A DNA stretch of 64,000 nucleotides, from contig NC_086385.1 in assembly GCF_036588685.1 (NCBI RefSeq), positions 558,001-622,000 of the forward strand, written 5' to 3'. Made by a program: the position numbers and the translations under genes. Origin of the DNA: Mytilus trossulus (taxonomy: Eukaryota). Under the pieces are notes generated by a model, which made no database searches, was not told the DNA's origin, and saw nothing but the letters and a program-made list of their open reading frames with translations. Within the stretch, counting starts at the first letter, position 1. Each line of letters begins with the position of its first letter. Below, in pieces: positions 14,323 through 25,702 of the stretch.

Positions 14323-14607
14323 ATCCTTAGTTTTTTGAAAAATTTAAAGTTTTGTAAACAGGAAAGTTATAAAAATGACCACATTATTGATATTCATGAC
14401 AACACCAAAATGTTGACTACTAGGCTGGTGATACCCTCGGGGGACGAAACGTCCACCAGCAGTGGCATCGACCCAGTGGTGTTTATAGTTATCAAAGGTA
14501 CCAGGATTATGATTAAGTACGCCAGACGAGCGTTTCGTCTACATAAGACTTATCAGTGACGCTCATATCAAAATACGGCTAAGGTAATCTATGCCTGGGA
14601 TAAAAAA
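14323..14607 (-). mobile_element. Retrozyme fragment with mutated hammerhead (core CUGAUAA)
   Basis: Resembles 12195-12541 with an internal deletion, and shares the stem III variant and right junction. Hammerhead at 14519-14562. Confidence 0.8.
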
Positions 14608-15483
14608 ATTGATATTAACAGCCAGTTTATAACGCTATAATCCAAATCATTGATTGTTCGATATTTTTTAATCTATACCAGTGTTAATACAGAAACAGGT
14701 TTTTTATAACGCTATAATCCAAATCTTTAATTGTTCGATACACTTTTAATCTATACCAGTGCTAAGACAGAAACAGCCAGTTTATACCGCTATAATCAAA
14801 ATCTTTGATTGTTCGATTAACATTTAATCTATACCAGTGTTAATACAGGAACATCCAGTTTATAACGCTATAATTCAAATCTTTAATTGTTCGATAAACC
14901 TTTAATCTATGCCAGTGCTAATACAGAAACAGACAGTTAACAACGCTATAATTCAAATCTTTGACTGTTCGATAAACTTTTAATCTATACCAGTGCTAAT
15001 ACAGAAACAGCCAGTTTATAACGCTAAAATCCAACTCTTTGATTGTTTGATATTTTTAAATCTATACCAGTGCTAATATAGAAACAGCCAGTTTATAACG
15101 CTATAATTCAAATCTTTAATTGTTCGATAAACCTTTAATCTATGCCAGTGCTAATACAGAAACAGACAGTTAACAACGCTATAATTCAAATCTTTGACTG
15201 TTCGATAAACTTTTAATCTATACCAGTGCTAATTCAGAAACAGCCAGTTTATAACGCTAAAATCCAAATCATTAATATGTAATTGTACGATAAACTTGTT
15301 ATCTATACCAGTGCTAATACAGAAACAGCCAGTTTATAACGCTATAATTCAAATCTTTGTTCGATAAACTTGTAATCTATACCATAGGAACAAATGGAAC
15401 TAATGAATGTGTTTGTCCTGCAGAACCGCCAAGCTACCATTATAGTCGCCTGATCTGTGTTTTACCAATTGTATCATATTTCC

Positions 15484-18187
15484 GACATCTTGACTGAGTA
15501 TGAATTCGCGTGGCCGCCTGTTGATGTATCCTTAGCCTTCATTCTCTTGACATCTTGACTAAGTTTAAATTCGCATGGTTTGGTGATGTATGCTTAGCCT
15601 TCATCCTCTTGACATCTTGACTGAGTATAAATTCGCGTGGCCTGGTGAAGCATGCTTAGCCTTCATTCTCTTGACATCTTGACTGAGTATAAATTCGCGT
15701 GGTCTGGTGATGTATGCTTAGCCTTCATCCTCTTGACATCTTGACTGAGTTTAAATTCGCGTGGCCGCCTAGTGATGCATGCTTAGCTTTCATTCTCTTG
15801 ACATCTTGACTAAGTTTAAATTCGCATGGTTTGGTGATGTATGCTTAGCCTTCATTCTCTTGACATCTTGACTAAGTTTAAATTCGCATGGTTTGGTGAA
15901 GCATGCTTAGCCTTCATCCTCTTGACATCTTGACTGAGTATAAATTCGCGTGGTCTGGTGATGTATGCTTAGCCTTCATCGTCTTGACAATTTGATTGAG
16001 TATAAATTCGCGTGGCCTGGTGAAGCATGTTTAGCCTTCATCCTCTTGACATCTTGACTGAGTATAAATTCGCGTGGCCGCCTGGTGATGCATGCTTAGC
16101 CTTCATCCTCTTGACATCTTGACTGAGTATAAATTCACGTGGTCTGGTGATGCATGCTTAGCCTTCATCCTCTTGACATCTTGACTGAGTATAAATTCGC
16201 GTGGCCGCCTGGTGATGCATGCTTAGCCTTCATTCTCTTGACATCTTGACTGAGTATAAATTCACGTGGTCTGGTGATGTATGCTTAGCCTTCATCCTCT
16301 TGACATCTTGACTAAGTTTAAATTCGCATGGTTTGGTGATGTATGCTTAGCCTTCATCCTCTTGACATCTTGACTGAGTATAAAATCGCGTGGTCTGATG
16401 ATGGATGCTTAGCCTTCATCCTCTTGACATCTTGACTGAGTATAAATTCGCGTGGCCGCCTGGTGATACATGCTTAGCCTTCATCCTCTTGACATCTTGA
16501 CTGAGTATAAATTCGTGTGGCCTGGTGAAGCATGCTTAGCCTTCATCCTCTTGACATCTTGACTGAGTATAAATTCGCGTGGCCGCCTGGTGATACATGC
16601 TTAGCCTTCATCCTCTTGACATCTTGACTGAGTATAAATTCGCGTGGCCGCCTGGTGATGCATGCTTAGCCTTCATCCTCCTGACATCTTGACTGAGTAT
16701 AAATTCGCTTGACCGCCTGGTGATAGATGCTTAGCCTTCATCCTCTTGACATCTTGACTGAGTATAAATTCGCGTGGCCGCCTGGTGATGCATGTTTAGC
16801 CTTCATCCTCTTGACATCTTGACTGAGTATAAATTCGCGTGGCCGCCTGGTGATGCATGCTTAGCCTTCATCCTCTTGACATCTTGACTGAGTATAAATT
16901 CGCGTGGCCGCCTGGTGATACATGCTTAGCCTTCATCCTCTTGACATCTTGACTGAGTATAAATTCGCGTGGCTGCCTGGTGATGCATGCTTAGCCTTCA
17001 TTCTCTTGACATCTTGACTGAGTATAAATTCGCGTGGTCTGATGATGTATGCTTAGCCTTCATCCTCTTGACATCTTGACTGAGTATAAATTCGCGTGGC
17101 CTGGTGAAGCATGCTTAGCCTTCATCCTCTTGACATCTTGACTGAGTATAAATTCGCGTGGCCGCCTGGTGATACATGCTTAGCCTTCATCCTTTTGACA
17201 TCTTGACTGAGTATAAATTCGCGTGGCCGCCTGGTGATACATGCTTAGCCTTCATCCTCTTGACATCTTGACATCTTGACTGAGTATAAATTCGCGTGGC
17301 CTGGTGAAGCATGCTTAGCCTTCATCTTCTTGAAATCTCGACTGAGTATAAATTCGCGTGGTCTGATGACGATGCTTAGCCTTCATCCTCTTGACATCTT
17401 GACTGAGTATAAATTCGCGTGGCCTGGTGAAGCATGCTTAGCCTTCATCCTCTTGACATCTTGACTGAGTATAAATTCACGTGGCCTGGTGATGCATGCT
17501 TAGCCTTTATCCTCTTGACATCTTGACTGATCATAAATTCGCATGGTCTGGTGATGCATGGTTAGATTTCATCCTCTTGGCATCTTGACTGAGTATAAAT
17601 TCGCATGGCCGTCTGGTGATGCATGCTTAGTCTTCATCTTCTTGACATCTTAACTGAGTATAAATTCACGTGGTCTGGTGATGCATGCTTAGCCTTCATT
17701 CTCTTGACATCTTGATTGAGTACAAATTCACGTGGCCTGGTGATCCATGCTTAGCCTTCATCCTCTTGACATCTTGACTGAGTATGAATTCACGAGGTCT
17801 GGTGATGCATGCTTAGCCTTCATTCTCTTGACATCTTGATTGAGTATAAATTCGCGTGGCCTGGTGATGCATGCTTAGCCTTCATCCTCTTGACATCTTG
17901 ACTGAGTATAAATTCGCATGGTCTGGTGATGCATGCTTAGCCTTCATCCGCTTGACATCTTGACTGAGTATGAATTCACATGGTCTGGTGATGCATGCTT
18001 AGCCTTCATTATCTTGACATCTTGATTGAGTATAAATTCACGTGGCCTGGTGATGCATGCTTAGCCTTCATCCTCTTGACATCTTGACTGAGTATGAATT
18101 CACGTGGTCTGGTGATGCATGCTTAGCCTTCATTCTCTTGACATGTTGACTGAGTATGAGTTCGCGTGGCCTGGTGATGTATGCTAA
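15484..18187. repeat. 62/65-bp satellite, ~43 units
   Basis: GACATCTTGACTGAGTATAAATTCGCGTGG(CCG)CCTGGTGATGCATGCTTAGCCTTCATCCTCTT arranged head to tail. Confidence 0.97.
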
Positions 18188-19325
18188 GAAGGATGATCTT
18201 ACCCTGTTGCCGCACTCATCCTCTCTTCTTTTGAAGTTCATGTGATCCCCTTTGTTTTTATTACCTTGACTTGTCTCTTTCATATTGATTAACGAGATTT
18301 GAACATTGTTAACTACTATCGCATTAATTCAAGTACCATACTATATGATCACAAACTGTTTACGAGTATAGTATATGCACATTCAGATAGATTCCTGCTT
18401 TTGGGATGTCTTTCGTTTATTATGTCTATTATGTTCAAGAGACATTACATTACACCCCACATTTAAGAAAATTCCAATAGCGAAAAAAAAATCAGCATCT
18501 CTTTTGAATATAAAAATATACCTTCACTTACTCCCTAGCAAAATGTAATATATTCCGTCCCAGTCATATGCCCTCATTCTAAAACAATGAATTGTTTTTT
18601 AAAAGTGGACGAACCGGGGTAGGGGTTCTGCGGGTTGGACCCGATTTAAAAGATTCCCCCAGCTGGAGCAACCCCTGCATTGGCGGATTCAGGGGGATGG
18701 GCGGGGGTTGGAACACCCTTTTTTGGACGATCAATGTATTTGAATAGGGTCATATAGTTAGAACTCCCCATTTGTCCTGGGTTAGGACCCCTCTTTTTGA
18801 AATGACTGGATCTGCCCCTGTTCTGCCGCCAAGATCTGTAGAGGGGGGCTTTTTTCTATAAAAAACGTAAAAAAAGATAAAAAATATAGTACTGATTACC
18901 TTTGTTAAACTGATACAGGTAAGTACTTTGGGTTATATTATTGCCACTATCTTTCGTCTCTTCTACCAAATCCAACGCTGGCCACAAAATGTCAGTCAGA
19001 CGGTCTAATACCCTTCCATATTGCCAACTACATACAAGGACCATGACGTATTATTAGTTTGTAAATAAGAATGCACGATAGGGTCAACCTTGACCTGATG
19101 ATCCATATTAAACCAATTGATTTAGTTGGATTATACAAAACAACCTTGAAATTGGTAAAATTTACTTTCTTGTCAAAGTTTGAACGAAGGTAATCAAAAA
19201 AGGGATACTTTTGGGGTTCATGTAATTGAATAAAATCTCATGAATCATGGTTTGATATTGACAATAAAATATATGCTATCGTTGGTTTTTTTTTCATTTA
19301 ATAATCAATGTTAACAATATCAAGT

Positions 19326-19432
19326 TAATTGTACACCTCGGGATACGGCGTGTCTGGATAAGAAACACCTCCGGCTTCCGGCCGACGGGGTTTATTATCC
19401 AGACACAACTTTATCTCGGTGTTTAACTATTA
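19326..19432. other. ~105-nt foldback inverted repeat (palindromic MITE or hairpin RNA)
   Basis: GTGTCTGGATAA/TTATCCAGACAC, ACACC..CGGGATA/TATCTCGGTGT and CGGC/GCCG arms around a short loop. Confidence 0.75.
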
Positions 19433-20792
19433 CATATAATTTCATGTAATCTACATGCTGTATGAATAAAAGTATACAATACATCTATGTATTACGTGTA
19501 GATTATTAGGTAAGGGATTCGTTACCACACAGTAATTTAAACCTTCAATTATTTTATAGATACAAAGATTTGGGTTGCGATAACCAAACAATTTGGATTT
19601 TAAACCATTTTCCGTGGTTTCGAACAAAAGAACTCGAATAAAACCAAGGGTCAAAACCAAATAACCAAGATGGGACCAAGGTTGAGAACCAGAGAGTCGT
19701 GTAAGAACCTAATTGCATTTTGAATTCTCATGACTTCTTATACCTTAAACGTATTTTCCAAATCATTTATCTATTTAGTATATTTATATATAACTATATT
19801 TGAAACTAAGTTGATACAAACTGATGTGGATTCATCGTCATTCGTAGGATACTTTTTGTTTTGGTGGTTGGCATGGTAATTGATAAAATTGCAAGTTAAC
19901 ACATGCAACGTAGTGTAAATGTACTTAAGATTTTAATCCAGATTTTGGAATACCAATGAAAAGAAAGATCCACTAAATTACACTAGTTACCATTCAACTC
20001 CATCCGAGAAAATAAATTAATCCACAGAAGTTCAAAACTAGCACTTTAATCTACCTTAAATTAAAAGTTTATCAAGTAATATAAACTATGTACTCCGGGT
20101 TTAAACTATAAATTAGCAAATATACATGAAACATTTTACTTCATAATAAACGTGTGTACATCAAGCTAGACGACCACAAACTACTTGAAACAAAACAAAA
20201 TGGCTACATGTTACAAGAACAAACTTAAGGACTAAAGTTACGACTACAATATAGTGCTTGGTCGGACTGATAGTCCATTCATATTTAAATGAGAGCCTTC
20301 TTTAAATGTGTTACTCAAAATATAAGATTGACCATACAAAGGTTACTACTATAACCATGACCCTTAAGTTTAAATTTGAAAGCTTTGAAACCTTACCCAA
20401 TTCACTGGGTTTTAGATAGAGCTTCTTACATCAGTGACTGCCATGTTAAAAAAACCTTCAAAGAACATACATTTTTTTTGTACTTAGCCTAATGTCAAGA
20501 TTATCTTTTTCATGGTTTGGACACACATCAACAACAGACACAGACACGAAGTGATTACTCAATATTTCCAGGGTGCTGTTTACTAAGAGGATAATGTGAT
20601 CAGTTTCACAAAAATATAAAGTTGAGTGTAGGTCATGAACATTATACTAACATGTACAAGCATATGTATTCGTAAGACGTTTCTGAAACTGATCATTGAT
20701 GTTATTTTACATTGATAAATAAAGGCAACTGCGGTGTAACGTTGTTTGAAATTCATGAATCAATTGAGAAAAAAAATACGGGTTACTTATAA

Positions 20793-22107
20793 GTATCCGC
20801 GTCAATGATGAGTCTTATGTATACCAATCGCGCGTCTGGCGTACTAAATTATAATCCTGGTACCTATGATAACTATTTACACCATGGGTCGATGCCACTG
20901 CTGGTGGACGTTTCGTCCCCGAGGGTATCACCAGCCCAGTAGTCAACACTTCGGTGCTGACATGAATATCTATGATGTGGTCATTTTTATAAATTGTCAT
21001 TTTAGATGTGGTCATTTTTATAAATTTCCTGTTTACAAAACTTTGAATTTACCGAAAAACTAAGGATGTTCTTATCCCAGGCATATATTTCCTTAGCCGT
21101 ATTTGGCACAACTTTTTGGAATTCGGGATCCTCAATGCTCTTCAACTTTGAACTTGTTTGGCTTCATAAATATTTTGATATGAGCGTCACTGATGAGTCT
21201 TATGTATTTCTGGTACCTTTGATAACTATTTCCACCACTGGGTCTATGTCACTGCTGGTGGACTTTTCGTCTCCGAGGGTATCACCAGCCCAGTAGTCAA
21301 CACTTTGGTGTTGACATGAAAACAATAATGATGTCACTTTTATAAATTTCCTGTTTACAAAACCTTGAGTTAACCAAAAAAATAAGGATTGTCTTATCCC
21401 ATGCATATATTACCTTAGCCGTTTTTAGCAAATTGTTTATGAATTTTGGATCCTCAATGCTCTTCAACTTTGTATTTGTTTGGCTTTATAGATATTTTGA
21501 TATGAGCGTCAATGATGAGTTTTCTGAAGTCAAAACGCGCGTCTGCCGTACTGAATTATAATCCTGGTACATTTGATAACTATTTACACCACTGGGTCGA
21601 GGCCACAGCTGGTGGACGTTTCGTCCCCGAGGGTATCACCAGCCCAGGAGTCAACACTTCGGTGTTGACATGAATATCAATAATGTGGTCATTTTAATAA
21701 ATTTCCTGTTTACAAAACTTTGAATTTATCGAAAAACTTAGGATTTTCTTATCCCAGGCATATATTACCTTATCCGTTTTTGGCACAATTTTGGGGAATT
21801 TGGGATCCTGAATGCTCTTCAACTTTGTACTTTTCTTGCTTTATAAATATCTTAATATGAGGGTCACTGATGAGTCTTATGAAGACGAAAGAGGGACGAA
21901 AGATACCAAAGGGACAGTCAAACTCATAAATCTAAAACAAACAGACAAAGCCATGGCTAAAAATGAAAAAGACAAACAGAAAAACAATAGTACACATGAC
22001 ACAACATAGAAAACTAAAGAATAAACAACACGGACCCCACCAAAAACTAGGAGTGATATCAGGTGTTCTGGCGTATTCAATTACAATCCTGGTACCTTTG
22101 ATAATTA
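20793..22107 (+). mobile_element. Older, degenerate retrozyme array (~3 units)
   Basis: Same ~350-bp unit with damaged hammerheads at ~20799, 21184, 21506 and 21860. TTATAA on both flanks may be a TSD. Confidence 0.85.
21888..22067 (-). mobile_element. 5'-truncated PLE 3'-end fragment inserted into a hammerhead
   Basis: Reverse complement of ~53855-54034. It separates ...GACGAAA from TCTGGCGT. Confidence 0.85.
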
Positions 22108-24787
22108 TTATAACTCAAACTGAGGGAAAACACATATATAAGAGAACTACGACTCAGCAGAAACACAAAACTAAAATGTAACACACACAGAAAGGAACGA
22201 TAATATAACAATTGGCCTTTTCCTGACTTGGTACGGGACATTTTAAGACAAACATTGTGGGTAGAACCTGGTATGCGGCTAGCGAAACCTCGAGCTTTTA
22301 TGGAAAGATAAACATAACAATAAAATGAAAACATTACATGATAGGACTACTCTACGAATAAATGCAGGAATGTTCAAGACAACGAAATACACAGCTATAC
22401 ATTACAATATGACATTTCGACATGCTGATAACTATCAAAGTTACCTGGCGTATAATGGGATAAAACAATCCTTAGTATTTAGAACAATTCTTACTTTTGC
22501 AAACATAAAATTTATAAAAATGACCATGTAACTGATGTTCATGTCAGCACCGAAGTGGTGACTTACCACAGAATAAAAATAAACACGTAAAACAAAACAA
22601 CGAAAGCACACAAAACAGTACAAAATAACCTAGCATTGTCACCTATAGAATAACGCTACAAAATGAAGTCACAGGAAAAGTGACATCACGATAACTTTCG
22701 GAAAGTTTGATTTATTTAAAAAACAGGATTGTAAGTATGGCATGTAATAATCAAATCTTTGACCAAGAATAGTCTTTATTTTTGTAAAGCATGTGCCAGA
22801 TTGATAACAAACTACATAATGTCTTATATAAAAAGCTATTATATATAGTCAATAAATCGAATGTCATAAATTTGACTGAAGGGTATTTGCTTGTAATGTT
22901 TCGGATTTTGTTGTCAGATTTTCGGAATCCTCTGGGTTTATCCATTTGAATGCCCAATGTAATTTCCTATAGAAACTCCTTTTACGGCTTAAACTGTACC
23001 ACTTTTACTATGATGTTTTGAAAAAAATCTTATCCTAGACAGGAAAGTTCATATGCACAACATTTGTTTTCAAATGTCAAAATATAGGGCTGTGCGACAT
23101 ATTTTCAACGTTTATATTCCCTGAACTTCTCAGAGTTTAAACTAACACTAATTTGCTAAATTGCCCCTACCTCGAATGAAAGGTTACCACAAATTTCAAT
23201 GTGAACAATATGCACATATTTTTTACTGGTATTATTCCTAAGTTATGTCTCTGTGAGATGGAGCATAACTGGGAACCAGTATGTAATCAATGTTCTATGA
23301 ATATTCAAGATCTCCCCAAAAGAGGTGTATTTTGAGAAACAGCTGTATTTACAAAGTGCAACTTTAAAACATTTTGTCATATAATTTTTAAAAATTGTGA
23401 GACGTCAATGATAAAGCTTTGAAAAAATCAAGAGAGGAAATTTTTCTGCCAAAAATTCAGTCATTATTATTTAAAAAAAAACAAGCACACGGACCTATAT
23501 ATACTATTTGCTGTGTTTGGTTCCTTTATTTATCCACTATCAGTATAGATAAGTGTTATAAAAAGCTTGATAATTTGAAACTGAGTGGCGAACTTCCTTA
23601 AATAATAGATAAGCATAAATCATTCATAATAAAATAAAACAAAAACATGTATTATTATGGATATTAAATATAAAGAAAATCAATATAGTCAATGAATCAA
23701 ATGTAATATTTGTTTCTTTAAAAAAAAAAATAAGCATTACTTATTCAAAATTAATCACCAATAAAAACGTAAAAACATTGACATATACACAATAGTTGTA
23801 CGGTTTGGATTTGAATTTTTTAGAATGTTAAATTAACACATTACATAATACATCACAAAATATAATGAAATGCAACGACATAATTTATTATAATATGTAC
23901 AAAACATACAATTTTAAAATCCATTCTCAATAGTTATCATGACTTCTTAATAAATGAAGCAGCATACTGCATATGCATAATTGAGGGACATGAAAGACAT
24001 AAAAACAAAAGTATCCGAGCTATCCATATCATCTATATTCGAATAGATATTTTCAATTTGTTTAAAGACTCAATTCTTTAGTTTATATTTCCCGTCCATT
24101 TAAACCAGAAATGTCCCTTCATCATCTTTTTCTTTTAAAGCCCAATATTGACATAAACGGTCTTCTCGCTTATAATGATGCGAAATTAAAAGACAATAAT
24201 TGTATGAAATGTTTACTAGTATTGTCAAGTAAAATTTGAAAAGAAACAGTGTCCTTTTCATGTTTAGAAAAAAAAAGACACAATGGTTTCATTTTATTTT
24301 GTAATTGTTGCAACAAAAGTTTTAGGTAAAGAAATAGATAAAGATTGAAGTAGTACTTTTGAAAGTGATCTCCCTTTCGTAAGAAAAATTACAATTCATA
24401 CTTCCTATGATCAGAGAGATATTGAAAAAGAACATGAATGTGTCATTCGTTAACCAGAGGTGGGGAATCTACCATAATATATCATAAAATCTTGTAAAAT
24501 TTATGTTTATCATCTCGTTTGTTTGTTGCGCTTAAAATCTTATACAACAGAGACTCTCTAAAAAAAAACAGGAGATAGGTAACCATGTATTTTATAGTCA
24601 AACGCAGTAATGGAATATACTAAGTATTTTCATAAAAACAAAGTCTTCTTATTCATGTTATTATTTATATAAAAAAAAAAAATATTTGAATATTTTTCTT
24701 AAAACTAGCTAAGTATTTTCATAAAACGAACGATACTAACTGCTTTCATAAAACAAGCTATATGACATATTTTCTTAAAACAATATA

Positions 24788-24875
24788 CTCATCATAGATA
24801 CCAGAAATTAAAATTCTATATATACGCCGGACGCTCGTTTGGTCTACAAAAGACTCATCAGTGACGCTCGAATCA
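24788..24875 (-). mobile_element. Fragment of a second retrozyme variant with a mutated hammerhead (24824-24867)
   Basis: CUGAUGA-GUCU UUUGU AGAC-CAAA-CGAGCG-UC. GAAA is changed to CAAA, and the flanks differ from the 356-bp family. Confidence 0.7.
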
Positions 24876-25702
24876 ATACTAAGTGAGTTTATAAAACCTA
24901 GCTGTACTAAGATTGTAATACAAACTAGCTATACTAAATATTTTCTTAAAACAAACAAAAGTTATATTTAGTATTTACATATAGAAATAGAGAAACAAAG
25001 GATTTTTTTATATACACTAGCTATTCTAAGAATTTCATATAACTATCAATACTCAGTATGTTCATAAAAACAATCTATACTAAGAATTTTTTATAAAAAC
25101 AGTTTAAACTAAACAAAATTATAAAACAATCTTGATTTTGTCATAAAAACAAACTTGTGTACATGTAACTGGTTAATTAGATTATTCAAACTGTTTTATC
25201 AAATATTTCATGTGTGTGTTTACCAATGTTTCAACGTGGCATTAAAAGGTAGAGAAAAAAATTACAATTGAATTCTAAAGATATTTTCTAAAAGCATGAC
25301 TTAAATTTGATTGCAAAATTTTATCTTATATGATGTCATTTCGTTGTTTCACTAAAAAGTGTTTTTAAATGTGTACTTGCTATCCACAATAATTGTGAAG
25401 TCCTAGCATTTACGATGGTCATTGTTAATAGAGTGTATATATATTTATCGTTTTTTTAAACGCCTTTCAATATACAATATATTGTTTTTTTTCTTATTAG
25501 GAACGATTATATGTTCAAATGAATTTGTTAACTAAAACGTAAATATCTTAAAAGCTTTATGTTTAAAGTTACATAAAGTCACAGCCAAACTCATTTACCC
25601 GAAATTTTCAACGTGGAATTAAAATCTAAACAAACTTCACATCGGGACATACTAATAAGTAATGAACGAAATTACGAATTAAAGGATAATAAATGTATTA
25701 AG

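Larger units (their letters stand above)
11506..15385. repeat. 78-bp satellite array interrupted by retrozyme insertions
   Basis: ATCTATACCAGTGCTAATACAGAAACAGCCAGTTTATAACGCTATAATCCAAATCTTTGATTGTTCGATAAACTTTTA repeated with a 78-bp period. Confidence 0.95.
10050..19560. repeat. Segmental duplication unit 1 (DUF229 5' half, upstream region, 78-bp array, 62/65-bp array); paralogous to ~33866-38200
   Basis: Colinear high-identity sequence, e.g. 11193-11510 vs 34949-35270, 15385-15490 vs 35673-35780 and 18190-18450 vs 37820-38075. Unit 1 has extra sequence at ~18450-19440. Confidence 0.9.

Noticed and set aside
15484-18187. CRISPR-like array (constant ends, variable middle)
   Set aside because: The variable part is only point variants and a 3-bp indel of one sequence. 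There are no unique spacers and no cas genes, and the context is eukaryotic.
22946-23601. Possible TTAA-type transposon ending ...GAACTTCCTTAA (similar lone ends at ~5004 and ~8044; hAT-like end at ~1580)
   Set aside because: No matching second terminus was found, so boundaries cannot be supported.
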